This document shows positions 28,098 to 37,286 of a stretch of DNA of 64,000 nucleotides, in pieces. The DNA comes from a virus (Duplodnaviria > Caudoviricetes): positions 1 through 64,000 of IMG/VR virus record IMGVR_UViG_3300043432_000484; one strand, given 5' to 3'. The notes beneath the pieces are model-generated. The model worked only from the letters and a program-made list of their open reading frames with translations. It searched no databases and was not told the DNA's origin. Made by a program: the position numbers and the translations under genes. Numbering within the stretch: the stretch's first letter is position 1; each line of letters opens with the position of its first letter.

Positions 28098-28117
28098 GCC
28101 CCAGCTTTGTCTGGGGC
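28098..28117 (-). terminator. Intrinsic terminator hairpin between convergent peptide and HNH genes
   Basis: GCCCCAG-6 nt-CTGGGGC; followed on the - strand by CGG then TTTATATT. Confidence 0.55.
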
Positions 28118-28121
28118 TTAA

Positions 28122-29222
28122 CTAAGCCCAGTTCTCTCCGCGCTTGAGCTTTCCAACCAGAGACAGGCAAATCCCAAACTGCTCGGACACCTTCCTATAA
28201 GGGGTGCGTAGAGCTAACAGGGCACGAATTTCTCGGACCTTCTCCGCGTCCAGCTTCCCCGAGCGCTCAGATGGTCGGCGTGAACGATTGTGCTCAGTTT
28301 GGGTCATCCAACGGCAGTTAGCACCCCAGCCCTTCTCTAAGCACTCAGGACAGTGCCCGCAGCTGTAGTGCCCATTGTGGTCCAAGCGGCCCATGGTGTG
28401 CTTCTTTGATGGCTTCACCCCAACATCTGCCAGGAACCCTTCAAAGTTTCCCAACCACCACCGGCACATCGTGATCCCCACGGCCCCATAGCGAGCGTAA
28501 CCATCGTGGTTGACGTTGAAACAACGCGTCTTGATCGCGCTCCAAGTCTTGTATTCGGGTGTTTGAGTTGAACCGTGCGTGGCGTTAGCGTGCGTTGAAC
28601 CAGAAGGGTACGGACGCTGATTGGCGCGTTGCTCCTTCTTGGTAGCCCAGCGACAGTTCTCTTTCGAGTATGGGCCGTCGTTGTCGATTCTATCCAGGGA
28701 GTGCTGTGAGCTTGGGCGCGGCCCCATATCGGCATAGAAGCGGGGGAAGCAGTCGATCCATTCGGGACTGATGGTGATGCCACGTCCGCCCCAGCGGGGA
28801 TAATTCGAGCTGCGTGGGTTGAGGCACCTATCCTTCATACCGATCCACGATTGATACTCTTTCGTGTGGATCATCCCATGTTTGAAGTTGGTCTTACGCG
28901 TATGATCAACCTCCCGCAACGCCGCCCCTGACGTCCCATCAGCCCTTCGATTCGCGGCCTGCTCTTCCCACGTCGCCCAGCGAACATTGCTAGGCACGTA
29001 TCCCGCGTCGTTGTCGATGCGATCCAGTGAATGACCCTCGGAAGGACGTGGACCGACATGCCTCAGGAATGCAAGAAAATCGTCCGCCCACTCAGGAGCG
29101 ATCGTGATCCCACGCCCACCATAATGCGGAAAAGCCCGATGATTTGGGTTCAAACACCGGGCCTTGATCTGCTGCCAGCAGCGATACTCAGGAGTCCTAC
29201 TTAGGTTGTGCTTGAGGTACAT
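28122..29222 (-). CDS. Homing endonuclease with three tandem HNH domains and C-terminal HTH
   Basis: T.EY..W..[IM]K.RC...YG..GIT...RP/KP...H[ST]..R.D....Y...N[VC]RW.T occurs three times; start ATG 29222, 9 nt after GGTGTA. Confidence 0.8.
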   Translation of the reverse strand: MYLKHNLSRTPEYRCWQQIKARCLNPNHRAFPHYGGRGITIAPEWADDFLAFLRHVGPRPSEGHSLDRIDNDAGYVPSNVRWATWEEQAANRRADGTSGAALREVDHTRKTNFKHGMIHTKEYQSWIGMKDRCLNPRSSNYPRWGGRGITISPEWIDCFPRFYADMGPRPSSQHSLDRIDNDGPYSKENCRWATKKEQRANQRPYPSGSTHANATHGSTQTPEYKTWSAIKTRCFNVNHDGYARYGAVGITMCRWWLGNFEGFLADVGVKPSKKHTMGRLDHNGHYSCGHCPECLEKGWGANCRWMTQTEHNRSRRPSERSGKLDAEKVREIRALLALRTPYRKVSEQFGICLSLVGKLKRGENWA

Positions 29223-29273
29223 GCGTACCACTACACCAACCATAGAAAGAGTTTGAACACATTTTGAAAGTGC

Positions 29274-29906
29274 CTAAAGGCAACGGTCTACGCCCCTATT
29301 AGCCCACTGAGGCAAACTGACCGCTCTAAGAATGTTGAATTTTTTGGAAGAAATGGAAGAAAAGATTTTCTCGTAAGGACGGTATTTCTCATCCGTTTCG
29401 GCGTGACCCTTCAGTCTCTCCACCGCCTTGAAGAACCGGTGCCGGACGCGTCCTTGGGTCAGGTTGAGCATGTTCGCTACTTCACTCTGGCAGGTTGTCT
29501 GCCACATCCCCACCAGGATGTTGATGTCGATGGCTTCGAAGATGTCCTCCAGGTCAGCGCGCAGCTCCTCTTCAGTCACAGTAGGGATTGCCAGCAAAAA
29601 CTTGATTCTCTGGATTCCCCGGTCCAACCGATAGCTGATGGCTGCCTGAGTTACGTCGAATATCTCGGCAATATCTGCTTGTCTCTTTTTGCATACATAG
29701 TACAGATAAATCAGATCGGCCTCCCTTTCCGGAATCCGATCCAGCAAAGGGGCTACTCGGGTTTCGTAATCCCCACTGCTGAAGAGAGCCGCCATTGAGT
29801 CCTCTGGCAGCTCTTCCGGGACCTCATCGTCAAGCAGTGTGTCGTGAGATGCGAAGCGATTAGCAAGCTCGGCGGGGTCTACTGGAATCACGTATCCACT
29901 GGACAT
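29274..29906 (-). CDS. Sigma70 region 4-like transcription factor with two tandem HTH domains
   Basis: LDRIPEREADLIYLYY...QADIAEIFDVTQAAISYRLDRG and QSEVANMLNLTQGRVRHRFFKAVERLK. Confidence 0.7.
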   Translation of the reverse strand: MSSGYVIPVDPAELANRFASHDTLLDDEVPEELPEDSMAALFSSGDYETRVAPLLDRIPEREADLIYLYYVCKKRQADIAEIFDVTQAAISYRLDRGIQRIKFLLAIPTVTEEELRADLEDIFEAIDINILVGMWQTTCQSEVANMLNLTQGRVRHRFFKAVERLKGHAETDEKYRPYEKIFSSISSKKFNILRAVSLPQWANRGVDRCL

Positions 29907-29949
29907 CGATCACCTCATCAGAAATTGGGAGCCCACAGCCAGCTCTTGA

Positions 29950-31623
29950 TCAGCCGGCCTTTGCTGGGAAGAAGGCCTGCAGGATGGACTCTGGCTTGAT
30001 CTCCAGGGACTTGATCCTGACCTCCGCCTCGGTTTGATCTGGGTTCGATCTGATCTCGGTGAACGGCACCTGCTGAAGTGCCATCAGCTGGGTGTTCAGC
30101 CGCACCTGCGCCTCCGATGCGCGCAGGTTACTGGCATGAGTCTTGCTCATACCAGCCAAATTCGATTTGAATAGAGTGTCTACATCCCCATACATCTTGA
30201 TCACCTTGCTGGCAGTCTTAAGCCCAAAATTGGGGACCCCGGGAATGTGATCAGATGTATCGCCGCTGAGAGCGCGCAACTGCACGAGGGATGCCGGAGG
30301 CACCCCGTACTCGGCTGTCACAAGGTTCGGATCGTAGAGTTTTTCCGTACCGGCACCTACAGCTGGGCACAATTGGTGGGTAGACTCGGACACGACCTGC
30401 AACAGATCTCTGTCCGAAGTCACAAGAATATTAGGAGAATATTGAAGGGGTCCCCAAGCAAGAGACGCCATCACATCGTCGGCTTCCTCGGACGGGTTCC
30501 AAGCTTGGTGGACACCGAGTTTTGGGAGCGTCTCCCTAAGCCAATCCCATCCGAATGCAGGCTCGCCCGAGCGGGACGCTCGATTACCCTTGTAGCCCTC
30601 ATACATGGCCTTTCGACGCTGAGAGCTGCCATCCCAGCACACGTAGATGGTGGCTGCCGGGAAGCGCTTCCTATAGGCCCCCAAGGCGCGCAGAAACCCG
30701 ACGACCGGGCCGGTCACACGCCCCTGGCTATCCGATAGAGAGCCAAGCCCGGGGGCCGACGCGCAGCGAATGAAGAGTTGGGTGCCGTCTACGATGAGGT
30801 TCAAATTGTCAGTTGAGGTCATCTGTTGTACATCTCTGTATATATTTAGCATTCGGCGACAAGCCGAGTTCAGAAGGGTCATCTCCTTATAGCAATGGAG
30901 CAACCCTGATATGTCAGGAATGGCAGAAGCAGACCCTGTGATCTGCCCAAGAATGGACACCGCTCGGTCCAGCATGGCCAAGGTTTTTTGCTGGCTCAGG
31001 ATGCCCTCCATCCGCTCCTTAGGCCAGAGTGCGACCTTACGGGCTCCGGAGGTCCAGGCGCTGAGCTTCTTGAAGCGCTCCCTGTGCTTAGTGTACGGGG
31101 ATTTGGATTCAAGATGAAGGAAGGCGCGGGGTAGGGTCACCAATCTATCGGTGGATCTCAACTGAATGTGGACCACCACAGAATCATGCTCTTGGATCTC
31201 ATCGGCCACTAAGGCCTTGATGTTCTTGTATGGCCCACTAGAGATCATGACGGTATCCCCGACCTCTATGCCCTGATCTACCTCAACTATGATCTGTGCA
31301 CGGAGTTTCTCGATCTGCTCCGATGTCACGGTGGCAAGCTTCCTGTCCTTCTTGGTTCCGGAGGAGACGTAGAGTGGGTTCTGAACGAACTTCGTCTCTT
31401 CCAGCCGAGAATAGTGAGAGTCAGGGTGCTTGTGCAGAATGAAGGCGTAGCCTTCTACGAGATACTGGTACTCTCGAACTGGACCTCTCTGGACCACAGA
31501 CGCCGGAATGAAAACCTCGGCGTCCCTGATATGGTGACGGATCGAGGCCCTGATGATATCAGGGTCCTCCCCATCTGCCTTAGAAGTCAGCTCCAACACT
31601 ACCCACGGAAGATCTTGAATCAT
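29950..31623 (-). CDS. NusG-like (NGN+KOW) domain fused to a 5'-3' exonuclease (PolA-N/FEN family)
   Basis: N-terminal WVVL...EVFIP...EGYAFI and KOW IEVGDTVMISSGPYKN; C-terminal LIVDG, CWDG, RKAMYEGYKGNR, EADD, TSDRDLLQ, GDTSDHIPGVPNFGLKTA. Confidence 0.85.
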   Translation of the reverse strand: MIQDLPWVVLELTSKADGEDPDIIRASIRHHIRDAEVFIPASVVQRGPVREYQYLVEGYAFILHKHPDSHYSRLEETKFVQNPLYVSSGTKKDRKLATVTSEQIEKLRAQIIVEVDQGIEVGDTVMISSGPYKNIKALVADEIQEHDSVVVHIQLRSTDRLVTLPRAFLHLESKSPYTKHRERFKKLSAWTSGARKVALWPKERMEGILSQQKTLAMLDRAVSILGQITGSASAIPDISGLLHCYKEMTLLNSACRRMLNIYRDVQQMTSTDNLNLIVDGTQLFIRCASAPGLGSLSDSQGRVTGPVVGFLRALGAYRKRFPAATIYVCWDGSSQRRKAMYEGYKGNRASRSGEPAFGWDWLRETLPKLGVHQAWNPSEEADDVMASLAWGPLQYSPNILVTSDRDLLQVVSESTHQLCPAVGAGTEKLYDPNLVTAEYGVPPASLVQLRALSGDTSDHIPGVPNFGLKTASKVIKMYGDVDTLFKSNLAGMSKTHASNLRASEAQVRLNTQLMALQQVPFTEIRSNPDQTEAEVRIKSLEIKPESILQAFFPAKAG

Positions 31624-31661
31624 TCTGGTTAGTGTGTCTACACTGACACTAGGCGCTCAAT

Positions 31662-33098
31662 TCAACCTGGGCGACGTTTTTTATACCACCGCTCGAAACT
31701 TTCCTTCCACTCGATGGGGGTCATGTTACTCTTGGTCCCCTTCTTCTGTCTGGGAGAGAAGTCTGGGGGCGGGGAACTGCGCTGCCTCTGCAGTGGCCGG
31801 TTGATTACCGCGGCCTCTATCTCGGTTGGCTCAGTGGGGTCAATGTACGAAGCCGGTATCGATGGGGTAGTTTGCTGGGCTGGCTTTGGCGGAGGGGCCT
31901 GTACTTTGGCTGGAGACTGAGCCACGGGTACGGATGGTTGGGGCTCGGGCGCAGCCTCAGGGAGTGAAGGTTCTGGCGCAGCTTGAATCTCAGCCACTGA
32001 GGGTGCCGGGGTTGCAGTCCCCATGAAGATCACGGGAGGTTGGGGTCCTTCAGAAGGCAGGTTCCCCTTGTTCTGAGAGAACTCTAGGATGTCACATTGC
32101 AAGGCGTTCTTGGTGGTATCCCTGGACCTGGCCAGAAACCATCTAGCAAACCTGGTCACATGGTTCTGGTACTTGGCGTAGACCTGCTCTGCTAGGGCCT
32201 TATCCACTTGGGAGAAGTCATGAACCATGCGGTGGGCCGTGCGGAAGCTATTCATAGCGGCCTCGGCCAATCCTGAAGCCACATCCTCAGGAGTCTCAAT
32301 CTCGCAAGCCTGGTCCAGTACTCTGAAAGCTTCAGTGGGGTTGTCCAAAGAGAGCAACAGTTGGTAGTGGATCGTAACTGAAGGCAGGTGAAGATGGTCG
32401 CGAACAGACGACGCTCTGATCGGACCGATCTGGGCTATCGCTTCCAGGGTGTTGATGACATCCCGGATGTGCCCTCCCTGATGGTCAATGACCGTCAGCA
32501 CCGCCTCATCCTCATACTGGACAGATTGGGAGTCCAGTATGATCCTCATCCGCTCTAGAATCTTCTCCCTCGGAACCTTGCGTATGGGGTACTCCTCGCA
32601 CCTGGAGCGGATGGCACCACGGAGCTTCTCGACTTCCGTGGTGCAAAACATCCCCACCATCCGCTTCTCTTCGAGTGGCTTGAGCAGAGCATCCTGAGCT
32701 GTTTTGCTCATGCTCTGAGCCTCGTCAAAGAGGTAGATGCGCTTTGGGGCGTTCTCCAGAACGCATGGAAGGATCTCGATGATGGCTCGAACCTCGTCCG
32801 CTGAGGCCTGGTTGGCAGAATCCCTCTCGCTATAAGCGCTCGGCTGCTCCTGTAGAATCGCCTTACAGTTATCACACTCGTTACAAGGTTCCGGGTCCTT
32901 GAGGTTGATGTTCAGGCAGAGCATGGCCCGAGCATGAATGCGCCCCAGCGTTGTCTTCCCGCGGCCGTGACGACCTGAGAAGACATAGCTTGTGTCGAAC
33001 GCAGTCTTGTTCCGGATGCGGGCTTTGAGCAACTCAACATTGCCCTCTTGCCCTAGGACATCAGCGTAACGAAGAGGTCTGTAAAGGGTATCCCACAC
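31662..33098 (-). CDS. dnaX: DNA polymerase III clamp loader gamma/tau subunit
   Basis: YRP..ADVLGQ, GRHGRGKTT, PCNECDNC, FDEAQ, ALLKPLEE, IRSRC; Pro-rich tail. Confidence 0.9.
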   Translation of the reverse strand: MWDTLYRPLRYADVLGQEGNVELLKARIRNKTAFDTSYVFSGRHGRGKTTLGRIHARAMLCLNINLKDPEPCNECDNCKAILQEQPSAYSERDSANQASADEVRAIIEILPCVLENAPKRIYLFDEAQSMSKTAQDALLKPLEEKRMVGMFCTTEVEKLRGAIRSRCEEYPIRKVPREKILERMRIILDSQSVQYEDEAVLTVIDHQGGHIRDVINTLEAIAQIGPIRASSVRDHLHLPSVTIHYQLLLSLDNPTEAFRVLDQACEIETPEDVASGLAEAAMNSFRTAHRMVHDFSQVDKALAEQVYAKYQNHVTRFARWFLARSRDTTKNALQCDILEFSQNKGNLPSEGPQPPVIFMGTATPAPSVAEIQAAPEPSLPEAAPEPQPSVPVAQSPAKVQAPPPKPAQQTTPSIPASYIDPTEPTEIEAAVINRPLQRQRSSPPPDFSPRQKKGTKSNMTPIEWKESFERWYKKRRPG

Positions 33099-33112
33099 GA
33101 GTGCTCACCATT

Positions 33113-33598
33113 TCAACCGTTGGACTGTTGCGTAACCGATTCCACGACCTCTTGAGCCCGAGCTTCGATGTTGAGCCGCTGCGCTACCTCAACCATGCCA
33201 GTCAGCTCCTCTGTCCACGCACCATGGCGATTCAGGATGCTCGTGAACTCATTGACATCCGGCTTGCGCATCTTCCACTTCATGGTGCCGCCATCCTCGT
33301 CATCCTCTTCACCGGTGCACTCCTCCAACAGATGGTCTATGAGGGCGTTGCGCTTACGGTCATCCATCTCATTCCAGCAATCCAGGGCGATCAAGATGAT
33401 GAAGTCCGTTTCGATCAGGTACTCATAGAGCCCCGATACCTTGCTAGCCTTGCCTGGCACGGGCTTGCCGTTGTTCTTGCTGGCCTTGTCCACGGCCATG
33501 TACCGGATCCGAGCGGATGCCAGCTCCGGGTGATACGTGGGCACCAAGCGCTTCGCGATTTCCTCTGCCTGATCTGCGGTTCCGTATAGCTTTGGCAT
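33113..33598 (-). CDS. Phage metallopeptidase-like protein (degenerate HExxH)
   Basis: ARIRY...DFIILI...W...ALIDHLLEEC...PDVNEFTSILNRHG. Confidence 0.55.
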   Translation of the reverse strand: MPKLYGTADQAEEIAKRLVPTYHPELASARIRYMAVDKASKNNGKPVPGKASKVSGLYEYLIETDFIILIALDCWNEMDDRKRNALIDHLLEECTGEEDDEDGGTMKWKMRKPDVNEFTSILNRHGAWTEELTGMVEVAQRLNIEARAQEVVESVTQQSNG

Positions 33599-33601
33599 TT
33601 T

Positions 33602-34300
33602 CTACATCTCCTGTGACTGTTGATTGATGAACGTTCGAATGTACGGAGCCAGCTGAGCGTCGCCCCAAACTTCCCAAAGGTCGCTGGGATCCTTGATCTT
33701 GGCACCGATCACCGAAGGATACGGGAGTACGTACACCTGAAAATCGTGACTGTGCTGCTCTTCGAAATCTTTGCACCCTTTAATTCCAGGCGCGTCATTG
33801 TCGTATGCCATGAACACGCTATCCACCAAGCGGCGTAGCACCCGGGCCACCGACGGGGACACCCGTGCCGTTAGGGTAGCGACCACTGGCTGAATGGCCC
33901 TCTGGATCGGAAACAGATCGAAGGCGCCCTCCACCAGGCAAACGTACCTTGAGTCCCACATCGATTTGACCGCTTGGCCCAACCCAAATAGGCAAGGCTC
34001 GTGCTGCTCAGGAAGAAAGTAGTCCTGGTAGCCAGGATTCTTCCGATCCACATGGCGCAGTTGGAGTCCTCGGATCTCCCCCAAAGCCGTGGTCAAAGGT
34101 AAAACGTACACGTCATCGATCCTGTTTTTTGCCCACCGTAGGAAGTCCTCCGGAAGCCCCTCTGGCAGCTCCAAGTTCAAGTGTCCCAGCTGATACAACT
34201 CCATCTGCTCGCTGGACACTCCGCGCCCCATCAACAGATCGCGCTCCCGCTCGGTCAGTCGGCTGGCAGAGTACGCCACCAGGTCCTGAATCCAGGTCAT
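33602..34300 (-). CDS. dnaG: DnaG-type primase catalytic core (TOPRIM), no Zn-binding domain
   Basis: RGVS...YQLG, LFGL, LVEGAFD, YDNDAPG, KDPSD. Confidence 0.8.
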   Translation of the reverse strand: MTWIQDLVAYSASRLTERERDLLMGRGVSSEQMELYQLGHLNLELPEGLPEDFLRWAKNRIDDVYVLPLTTALGEIRGLQLRHVDRKNPGYQDYFLPEQHEPCLFGLGQAVKSMWDSRYVCLVEGAFDLFPIQRAIQPVVATLTARVSPSVARVLRRLVDSVFMAYDNDAPGIKGCKDFEEQHSHDFQVYVLPYPSVIGAKIKDPSDLWEVWGDAQLAPYIRTFINQQSQEM

Positions 34301-34845
34301 GCGGGGATCACCGCCACAAAAGCCAGGTTCACCCTCTTGGCCATCACGCCAATGTAGTCCCCAACCCTCGTGTACAACCCAGCATCCTCAGGCCGCACTG
34401 AGATCAGAGCGACCCCGGGAGGGAATCCGCATGTCAAGGGGATCAACCCATCAGGTACCGGCAACGGCTCCTCCTTTGACATAACCACGAACTTTGGGGT
34501 GGTCCCTACCGTCTTCATTCGATCCAGACCTTCTTGAAAGCTAGGCACCGAGCACCCCCAGCCATTACGAGCGCTTTCAGCCACAAGTACCCTGTGGAAC
34601 TCCAGCAGCAGACCCTCTTCGCGATCAACCGGACATTCAGTGAAGCCGAACCTTGCGTACCCATTCTTGGATACCTCAGTGCGCATAAACGTGGACCGAG
34701 CGTTGGTCACCAACAAGGGGGTGATGGTTTTGATCTCTCGGGGATCAAGGTCCACCTGTGACAGCAAGGGCACCGAATGCCCAACGTTGCCAGCCCTAGG
34801 GCGATGTCGTTCGGTCACGAACAGATGGGACAGCAATGATAGCAC
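34297..34845 (-). CDS. Hypothetical protein
   Basis: 182-aa ORF coupled within the operon. Confidence 0.65.
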   Translation of the reverse strand: MLSLLSHLFVTERHRPRAGNVGHSVPLLSQVDLDPREIKTITPLLVTNARSTFMRTEVSKNGYARFGFTECPVDREEGLLLEFHRVLVAESARNGWGCSVPSFQEGLDRMKTVGTTPKFVVMSKEEPLPVPDGLIPLTCGFPPGVALISVRPEDAGLYTRVGDYIGVMAKRVNLAFVAVIPA

Positions 34846-34848
34846 GAG

Positions 34849-35370
34849 TCAATCTCCTGATGGCAAGGAAGGCAGGGGGGCGGATTTGGATAGAGAGTCA
34901 GGGCGGATCTGAACGAAGCGAAACCAGAGGGCCTTCCACCAAGGCAAAGCTGGGATTGCGTCTGAACCGAGCGCCCATAACAGACCAGCGACTTCTGGCA
35001 TATTGGCCTCAACCCATGTCAGGTCTCGAATCTGCGCGTAGAACTCAGCTTGCACCGACTCCTTGGTGTCGATAGGAGTGAAATAGGGGCAACGCTTGGC
35101 ATCAATGGGGTCCTCACAGATGTTGCCAGGCCAGAGTGTGGGGTCCTCGGATCCCAACATGCAGAGCCCAATCACGGGCAAGTGCTTGCCAGAGATCACG
35201 TTGTACTGAGCATTTTTCTCGCCAGCCACCCGCTTCCTAACGTCCAACGGGTGCCTCTCATTGTGCTGACATTTGTGAGGCAGTCTGGCCCGAGCGTCCT
35301 CCACTCGACGGTTGATCTCTTGAGTCAGCAAGTATCGGATCCGATCCTGTATCTCGACTTCAGACCGCAT
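34849..35370 (-). CDS. Hypothetical Cys-containing protein
   Basis: Likely start ATG 35370 (MRSEVE); CQHN, GLC, ICE...CPYF. Confidence 0.65.
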   Translation of the reverse strand: MRSEVEIQDRIRYLLTQEINRRVEDARARLPHKCQHNERHPLDVRKRVAGEKNAQYNVISGKHLPVIGLCMLGSEDPTLWPGNICEDPIDAKRCPYFTPIDTKESVQAEFYAQIRDLTWVEANMPEVAGLLWALGSDAIPALPWWKALWFRFVQIRPDSLSKSAPLPSLPSGD

Positions 35371-36040
35371 GGTTATTCTCTCGTTGAAGGTGGAGCAGTC
35401 TTGAACCATCCGGAGCCTCTACAGGTCTAGCGTGGTAGCGCACATCAGCATGCTCCATGAAGGATGCCTTGTGGGTGATCAGGAAGATCGAGATACCAGT
35501 CTTTTTGGCCAGCTCCTGCAGGAACAGGCTGGTCGATTCTATGTACTCGTCAGACACCGCGGCCAATGTCTCATCTAAGACAAGAAGGGGCCACTTGTTC
35601 AAGCGCCTCATTGCCAGTACCTTCAGAATCAATGATGCGATGCTAGCCGGACCTCCTCCGAACGCCTCCAAGGGGTGAGCACGGATCGACATCCTCTTGT
35701 CATCTTGACGTAGGAAGAAATCGATGGCGATCTTGTTGTAACGTTGGGAGACCTCGGCCTCGAATGTCAGCGCCTGATCCACAAAGATGGAGCGCAGGCC
35801 CTCTGTGACGACTCCCTCGATCGAGCGTACATGATCCAAAACAAGGCGATCCATCAGAGCCCTGAACAGCTCTCCCACCTTAGTCAAGGTGTCCAAGCGA
35901 TCAGACAGGACCTCTACCTCCTTGGTGCGGGAGGAGAGATCCTGCTGTAGCTTTTTCCTAAGGGCCTGAAGTTCGGTAGCCGTCTCGGAGACGGCGCTCA
36001 CTCTCAGTCGATGCTCGGAGCGTATCTGGTCACTTTGCAT
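35360..36040 (-). CDS. SbcC/Rad50-like ATPase, C-terminal half
   Basis: Coiled coil, then signature-like FGGG, Walker B LLVLDE, H-loop ITH. Confidence 0.8.
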   Translation of the reverse strand: MQSDQIRSEHRLRVSAVSETATELQALRKKLQQDLSSRTKEVEVLSDRLDTLTKVGELFRALMDRLVLDHVRSIEGVVTEGLRSIFVDQALTFEAEVSQRYNKIAIDFFLRQDDKRMSIRAHPLEAFGGGPASIASLILKVLAMRRLNKWPLLVLDETLAAVSDEYIESTSLFLQELAKKTGISIFLITHKASFMEHADVRYHARPVEAPDGSRLLHLQRENNHAV

Positions 36041-37266
36041 TGGTGGGCCTCGCCTTCAAGTTTAGCCCCGATGCCCCCTACGGTACCATCGTTGCCAAGG
36101 CAGAATGTATCGATGGTGCGGAGCATGAACCGATCCCTCGGGCGCTTGTCGTCAGCCGGAATGACCTTAATGTGGAACCCCACCTTGTCCCCTTGGATGC
36201 CTTGGAACATGTCAATCATGTGGTCCACGTTCACATTGATTGACAGCGGGGAGGTGACTCGGACTTCCACTTTCTCTGTGGACACCGGCTCACTTTTGTT
36301 CGTGTTGTTCTCATCCGCACTTGAGAAGTGGAATGACAGATCCGATGGGTCGAAGTGCATGCGAGCCTTGACCTTGTCCTTTTGAGGAGAGCGGATGAAC
36401 TTCAGCTCATTGACCATGTCCTCGGGATTCACCAAGACCACCACCTCATCAGACTTGGCGGAGTAATACATGAACTTGGAGTACTCCGAAGAATGCTTAG
36501 GCCAGCCAAACACGTCCCCCTGACTGTTCAGCACGTAGGACTTTTTGTCCGTGGTATAGATGTGGACGTTACCCGTGGAGCGTCCTAGGAAGGCTTTGAA
36601 CATCCCCAAATGCAGCTGCGGAAGGGTGAGACCACAATCGATGAAGGCGGGGCAGTGGAAGTAACAAATCTCCTTGTTGTTGGAGGAGATCATATACCCA
36701 TTGGCCTTCTGAGCCAATTCGGGGTCGTCATTCCCAAAGATCTTGACGGTCTTGTAGAACTCTTGGTCCACCGAGTCAGTCTTCTTGGGTAGGAACGGCT
36801 CCGTAGTTCCAATCGCAAACTGAAGTACCGGGATCGAGAACTCCTTGGGCTGGATCGTGTCCTGAGCCGCCTTGATGTCTCGCTCGAAGTTGTACATCTC
36901 CCTGGGGTCGAACGACACCAAGTCCTCCTTACCGGAGGTACCGAAGGAGTACCCGACCTTAAACGCGCCATTGGTTTCGGTAGCCTTGAACGAGATGCTT
37001 GAGGCCTTGATGTACCCGAAACGGGCCACATACTCAGCGGGGAACATGAACTGCCCCTCCCCTTCAACGTTGGAGATTGGGAACGAAGAGCGCGCCTCAT
37101 GCTTGGTGCTGTCCCGCGAGTACAGGGTGCACTCTTGCCCCTGTACCGAAAAGAGGTAGCCCCCTCCTCCGCCCTGAGATGTGGCTTGAGGGGTCACGAT
37201 CGAAACTACCCCAATCGCGCGTCGCAGCTCACTCGTGTCTACTGTGAAAGAGATTTCCATGTTCAT
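36004..37266 (-). CDS. Probable DNA polymerase III beta sliding clamp (divergent)
   Basis: About 420 aa alpha/beta repeats, FTVD..EL..AI..V start, clamp-like C-terminus; clamp loader genes in the same block. Confidence 0.55.
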   Translation of the reverse strand: MNMEISFTVDTSELRRAIGVVSIVTPQATSQGGGGGYLFSVQGQECTLYSRDSTKHEARSSFPISNVEGEGQFMFPAEYVARFGYIKASSISFKATETNGAFKVGYSFGTSGKEDLVSFDPREMYNFERDIKAAQDTIQPKEFSIPVLQFAIGTTEPFLPKKTDSVDQEFYKTVKIFGNDDPELAQKANGYMISSNNKEICYFHCPAFIDCGLTLPQLHLGMFKAFLGRSTGNVHIYTTDKKSYVLNSQGDVFGWPKHSSEYSKFMYYSAKSDEVVVLVNPEDMVNELKFIRSPQKDKVKARMHFDPSDLSFHFSSADENNTNKSEPVSTEKVEVRVTSPLSINVNVDHMIDMFQGIQGDKVGFHIKVIPADDKRPRDRFMLRTIDTFCLGNDGTVGGIGAKLEGEAHQCKVTRYAPSID

Positions 37267-37286
37267 CTGTCCTTGCTGTTGTGTGG

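Noticed and set aside
31662-33098. Programmed tau/gamma frameshift in dnaX
   Set aside because: No A-run slippery site or alternative-frame tau extension was found.
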